Shown here: positions 53,421-57,091 of the stretch, in pieces
How the letters are laid out: the number at the start of each line of letters is the position of its first letter
How positions within the stretch are numbered: the first letter of the stretch is position 1
From: Octopus bimaculoides
Taxonomy: Eukaryota
NCBI RefSeq assembly: GCF_001194135.2
Contig: NC_068982.1
Span: forward strand, 79,251,637 to 79,308,727
Length of the DNA: 57,091 bases
Direction of reading: 5' to 3'
The notes under the pieces: model-generated
Seen by the model: only the letters and a program-made list of their open reading frames with translations
The model's database searches: none
What the model was told of the DNA's origin: nothing
Translations under genes and position numbers: made by a program

Positions 53421-54163
53421 CTCGTATCCAGAACTGAAGTTAACGGTCTCCTCTAAATCATATCTTTATTACCAATAGTAGCAATAACAGCGTTAAATCA
53501 TCTAACGTACTTAGAAGCATTTAATAACTGGTACTTGTTCTAACGTTCACATAAGTACAGAACTCAAACTTAATTCCGGCGTATAACAGCTGAAGGATAG
53601 ACAGTCGTGAAGTAATACTTTTTCTACCGACCTTGTAGTTTCGTTCAGTTTTACTCATGACGTTCGTAGACAATGGAATCGATCGCAATTTACTACCGGA
53701 ATCGACACCGGTTGAAATTGACACCGATTGGAAGTGAATACATAACAACCAGTTATTGAACACGACACAGAAAGACATTTGATATAAAGTTTCTCAATTG
53801 CAACCATTTTCCTCTCAATAGTAAAAAAAAATATCGTTTCATTTCAAAAGGCGCAGCACTATTTTCTTTCTGTACAGAGAGATTGTATTTAATTTATTGT
53901 GACATCCTGCAGTCATTTGAGACTATAGAGTCATCAACCTGTGTTCAGAGTAGGACGGTGCTTGAGATTTTGTCCATGGAAGAGGAGTTCTTGGTTCACT
54001 GTAGCGTTCTTTGTTGTTTAGTAATAGAATAAAATGGTACCATTGTTAGGGCAGAAGATTTATTCCACAGTGATGCTGGCTTTGGAAATCTCAATGCAGT
54101 TGCTCGAGTTCTAGATACAGCAATCAATTCTTCTACAAATAACATCCTGATATCTTAAAACAA

Positions 54164-54375
54164 GTGAAGGCACGGTTCTCGTCGTTAGAGTGTTGCACTC
54201 ACAATGACAAGAACGTGGTTTCGTTTCCCGGACCAGGCAGTGCATTGTGTTCTTGAAAGAAAAATACGAAGCTCTCGTCCACTTTCCTGTAAATAAGTAA
54301 ACCTACAACGGACTAGCGTCCTCTCCAGAGGAAATATTGTGATCTTAGTCACTTATACGCTATGGAAACCGGGTA
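54164..54375 (+). mobile_element. SINE family B (diverged)
   Basis: GTTAGAGTGTTGCACTCAC...GTGGTTTCGTTTCCCGGACCAGG head, GTGCATTGTGTTCTTG, CGGACTAGCGTCCTCTCCAG, TATACGCTATGGAAACCGG; colinear with 10570-10745. Confidence 0.7.
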
Positions 54376-54659
54376 TCTGTTGTTAGGTTTCCCAGGTCCC
54401 CAGACAGTACTTGTTTTATCTTAAATCAAGAATGCAAAGACACATTAGATAATGTTTTCCTAAATACACCAACTCTCAAAGAGCAACGATAGAGTCTCGG
54501 ATGCAGCGTGTTTTGATCGTTGGGATCTGCAGTGTCAGAAACAATCTAGGGTTCAACAAGTAGTTCAATAATTACAACAACATCTATATTTAGGTGTAAA
54601 TGTAAGCTGTGCAACTTTCAACCCCAAAGTCATTGTTTCTGTGGGTGGTAGTGATGAAA

Positions 54660-54900
54660 CTGACCTCCAGGTCAGCCCAAACCCTGCAGTACTAGCCCTG
54701 CAGCCCCAGCCCTGCAACCCTAGTCCTGAAACCCTATAATCAAAGGTATTCCAGCCATGACCATGCCCTCTTCTTATGTGTAGGGAATTCATACGACATT
54801 ATCCAGTATGTCCTCTTTTAAGACACCAGGCTATGATTAGAGGGAGATTTAGCTGTTATTTCTTGCTAGTCAAACGATGATGTAGAAGCTCCCTCCTCGT
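54660..54900 (+). repeat. Interspersed repeat (family G) containing a 14-bp minisatellite
   Basis: CCAGGTCAGCCC...ATCAAAGGTATTCCAGCCATGACC...GAGGGAGATTTAGCTG; weaker matches at about 28130 and 55085; 14-bp units at 54673-54735. Confidence 0.55.
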
Positions 54901-55213
54901 TTCGACTTAGAGTCATCAATCTCTAAGGAGAACCAACAATATAAATAAGATATCATCCATTTATAAAAGTAACGTAACGAGAGGGAATACAAAATAAAAC
55001 TCATTAGGAACATTTTTAGTGAGAAAACAACTACGTAGATCAATATACTCCAGTGTACGGCATTGTTGAGCAGTTGTTGCTTAACTCCAGGTTAGTCCTG
55101 AACTAGTAAATTCCTCTAATAATCAAAAGCTTTACTTTTAATGACCAAACTATCTTTAACATAAATAATATAATACATCTTAAAATGTTTAAGAATGAAT
55201 ATAGCACATTCTT

Positions 55214-55321
55214 AGTTACAATTGTTTCTGTACCACTCCGTTTCCGACGCTATTTTACGTAAATGCTAAAATTTATACAATATTGGCGGTTGATTACATT
55301 GAAATGGTACTTCATCAGACT
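55214..55321 (-). ncRNA. Variant hammerhead-like motif, copy 2
   Basis: Minus strand: AGT-CTGATGA-A-GTACCA-(69 nt)-TGGTAC-A-GAAAC-AATT-GTA-ACT; stems I (3 bp), II (6 bp) and palindromic III (ACAATTGT) all pair. Confidence 0.55.
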
Positions 55322-55984
55322 GGCATCAAGATATACTCTCTTACATTATGCCCAAAATATATTTATTTTTCATTTTTCTTTCTAGGTTTTGTCAGAATGG
55401 GAAGGACTTGAGCTCGATAATAATCGAAGGGTCTTCTGGGCTTTTGAAGTCGACGTGGTTTATGACGTCGGAGCAATATAATTGACTGAATTCATATGAC
55501 GAGTCCCCGTTTTGAAACAACCAGTAAAGTCTCTTACATTAGGATCGAACGCCTGGATGTAGACGTAGAAAACTAAATATTATAGCAGTGTCCTGCCAAT
55601 AATGCACGCAAAAACATAAATATTTAACAACTATATACATTATATATCCGTAGAGTAATATACTATTTATTTAAGTCGAAAAAATCTTCACTTATTAATT
55701 TTTTCGGCTTTAATAAATAGTATATATNNNNNNNNNNNNNNNNNNNNNNNNNNNNNNNNNNNNNNNNNNNNNNNNNNNNNNNNNNNNNNNNNNNNNNNNN
55801 NNNNNNNNNNNNNNNNNNNNNNNNNNNNNNNNNNNNNNNNNNNNNNNNNNNNNNNNNNNNNNNNNNNNNNNNNNNNNNNNNNNNNNNNNNNNNNNNNNNN
55901 NNNNNNNNNNNNNNNNNNNNNNNTATATATATATACACTTTATTTAAAAGCAGTAGAAATATAACAAAAAACTGTTACTCGGAG

Positions 55985-56063
55985 AATTCAGAACGTCAAA
56001 ACTGACGAAATACCGCTAGGCATTTCGGCCGGAATGCTAACGTTTCTACCAGCTCGCCGCCTT
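55985..56063 (-). mobile_element. SINE family D 5' fragment
   Basis: GAATTCAGAACG...GAAATACCGCTAGGCATTTCG...CCAGCTCGCCGCC. Confidence 0.85.
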
Positions 56064-56287
56064 TGACTAAGCAAAATATCGTTCGTTTTCATACAATGCA
56101 TATTTTCTACATTAAATGTTAAAAGTTTCTTTAGGTTTTCGTATATTCTTTTTTATTTACCAGTGATGAATCTATAATGAAAATAATCGAATATATCGGT
56201 CTGCAAGGGGTACATTTCGACAACTTTTTTCACTAGTCTTAAAATTTTATCCAACAGTATGTATATATAAATATATATATATTGTTG

Positions 56288-56663
56288 ACACTCCGTCGCT
56301 TACGACGTCGAGGGTTCCAGTTGATCCGATAAACGGAACAGCCTGCTCGTGAAATTAACGTGCAAGTGGCTGAGCACTCCACAGACACGTGTACCCTTAA
56401 CGTAGTTCTCAGGGATATTCAGCGTGACACAGTGTGACAAGGCTGACCCTTTGAATTACAGGCACAACAGAAACAGGAGGTAAGAGTGAGAGAAAGTTGT
56501 GGTGAAAGAGTACAGCAGGCTTCGCCACCATCCCCTACCGGAGCCTCATGGAGCTTTAGGTGTGTTCGCTCAATAAGCACTCACAACGCCCAGTCTGGGA
56601 ATCGAAACTACGATCCTATGACCGCGAGTCCGCTGCCCTAAGCACTGGGCCATTGCGCCTCCA
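56288..56663 (-). mobile_element. tRNA-derived SINE, family E (full length, well preserved)
   Basis: Minus-strand head TGGAGGCGCAATGGCCCAGTGCTTAGGGCAGCGGACTCGCGG...GTTTCGATTCCCAG (A- and B-box); flanked by TA runs on both sides. Confidence 0.9.
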
Positions 56664-57091
56664 CATATATATATAAATTTGGTAAATATCGCCAAGGGAT
56701 AAGAAACATGACGTTATACTTCAAGAAATGGAGTTCTAAAAAGTTAGATTGCCCCGTTCCCTGATGGTTTCTGTTTCTTCCATTCCCCTCACCTCTCTCT
56801 CCCTCTATGTCGCTCCGCTTTCTTCCCTTTCCTCATCTGCTCTTCTTTTGCTCTCAAACTTCCTGTCCGAAAATTCTGCCACATCGAGACAACAAACTGT
56901 TTACACATATCGAATATAATGAATTGTACACTACTGTTTCAACAACATTACATACAGATACATACATACGTACATTAATGCATACACGCATACATACAAG
57001 CGTACATACATACACACACACATATATACATACATATATGCATATATATAAATGCATGTGTGTATGTATATATATATATATATATATATAT

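Noticed and set aside
54040-54160. Possible exon DAGFGNLNAVARVLDTAINSS
   Set aside because: Short, with a weak acceptor context, no donor before the stop, and no recognisable homology.
56585-56663. tRNA gene
   Set aside because: The tRNA-like sequence lacks a complete acceptor stem and continues into a SINE body.

Overview
AT-rich, gap-riddled eukaryotic genomic DNA (19 N-runs, most flanked by (TA)n, (CA)n or (CT)n microsatellites). It is most likely intronic or intergenic DNA of an octopod cephalopod; this is inferred from tRNA-derived SINE families I recognise as octopus repeats and is not verified. I could not confidently identify a host protein-coding exon, and almost all long ORFs in the track are translations of microsatellites or N-runs. 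The interpretable content is mobile DNA: a near full-length decayed Penelope-like retroelement (RT plus C-terminal GIY-YIG, 5.97-8.25 kb), an internally deleted mariner, a mariner MITE, a complete decayed Tc1-like DD37E/TRT-type transposon with ~160-bp TIRs, a second Tc1 fragment, an RTE LINE 3' end, and about 20 SINE copies or fragments from at least four families. The most interesting signal is a near-canonical type I hammerhead ribozyme motif with an unusually long stem II, ~300 nt downstream of the Penelope ORF (8535-8636). Two further related variant hammerhead-like motifs lie on the minus strand (16.6 kb and 55.2 kb). There are also two strong fold-back hairpins and several inverted SINE pairs.
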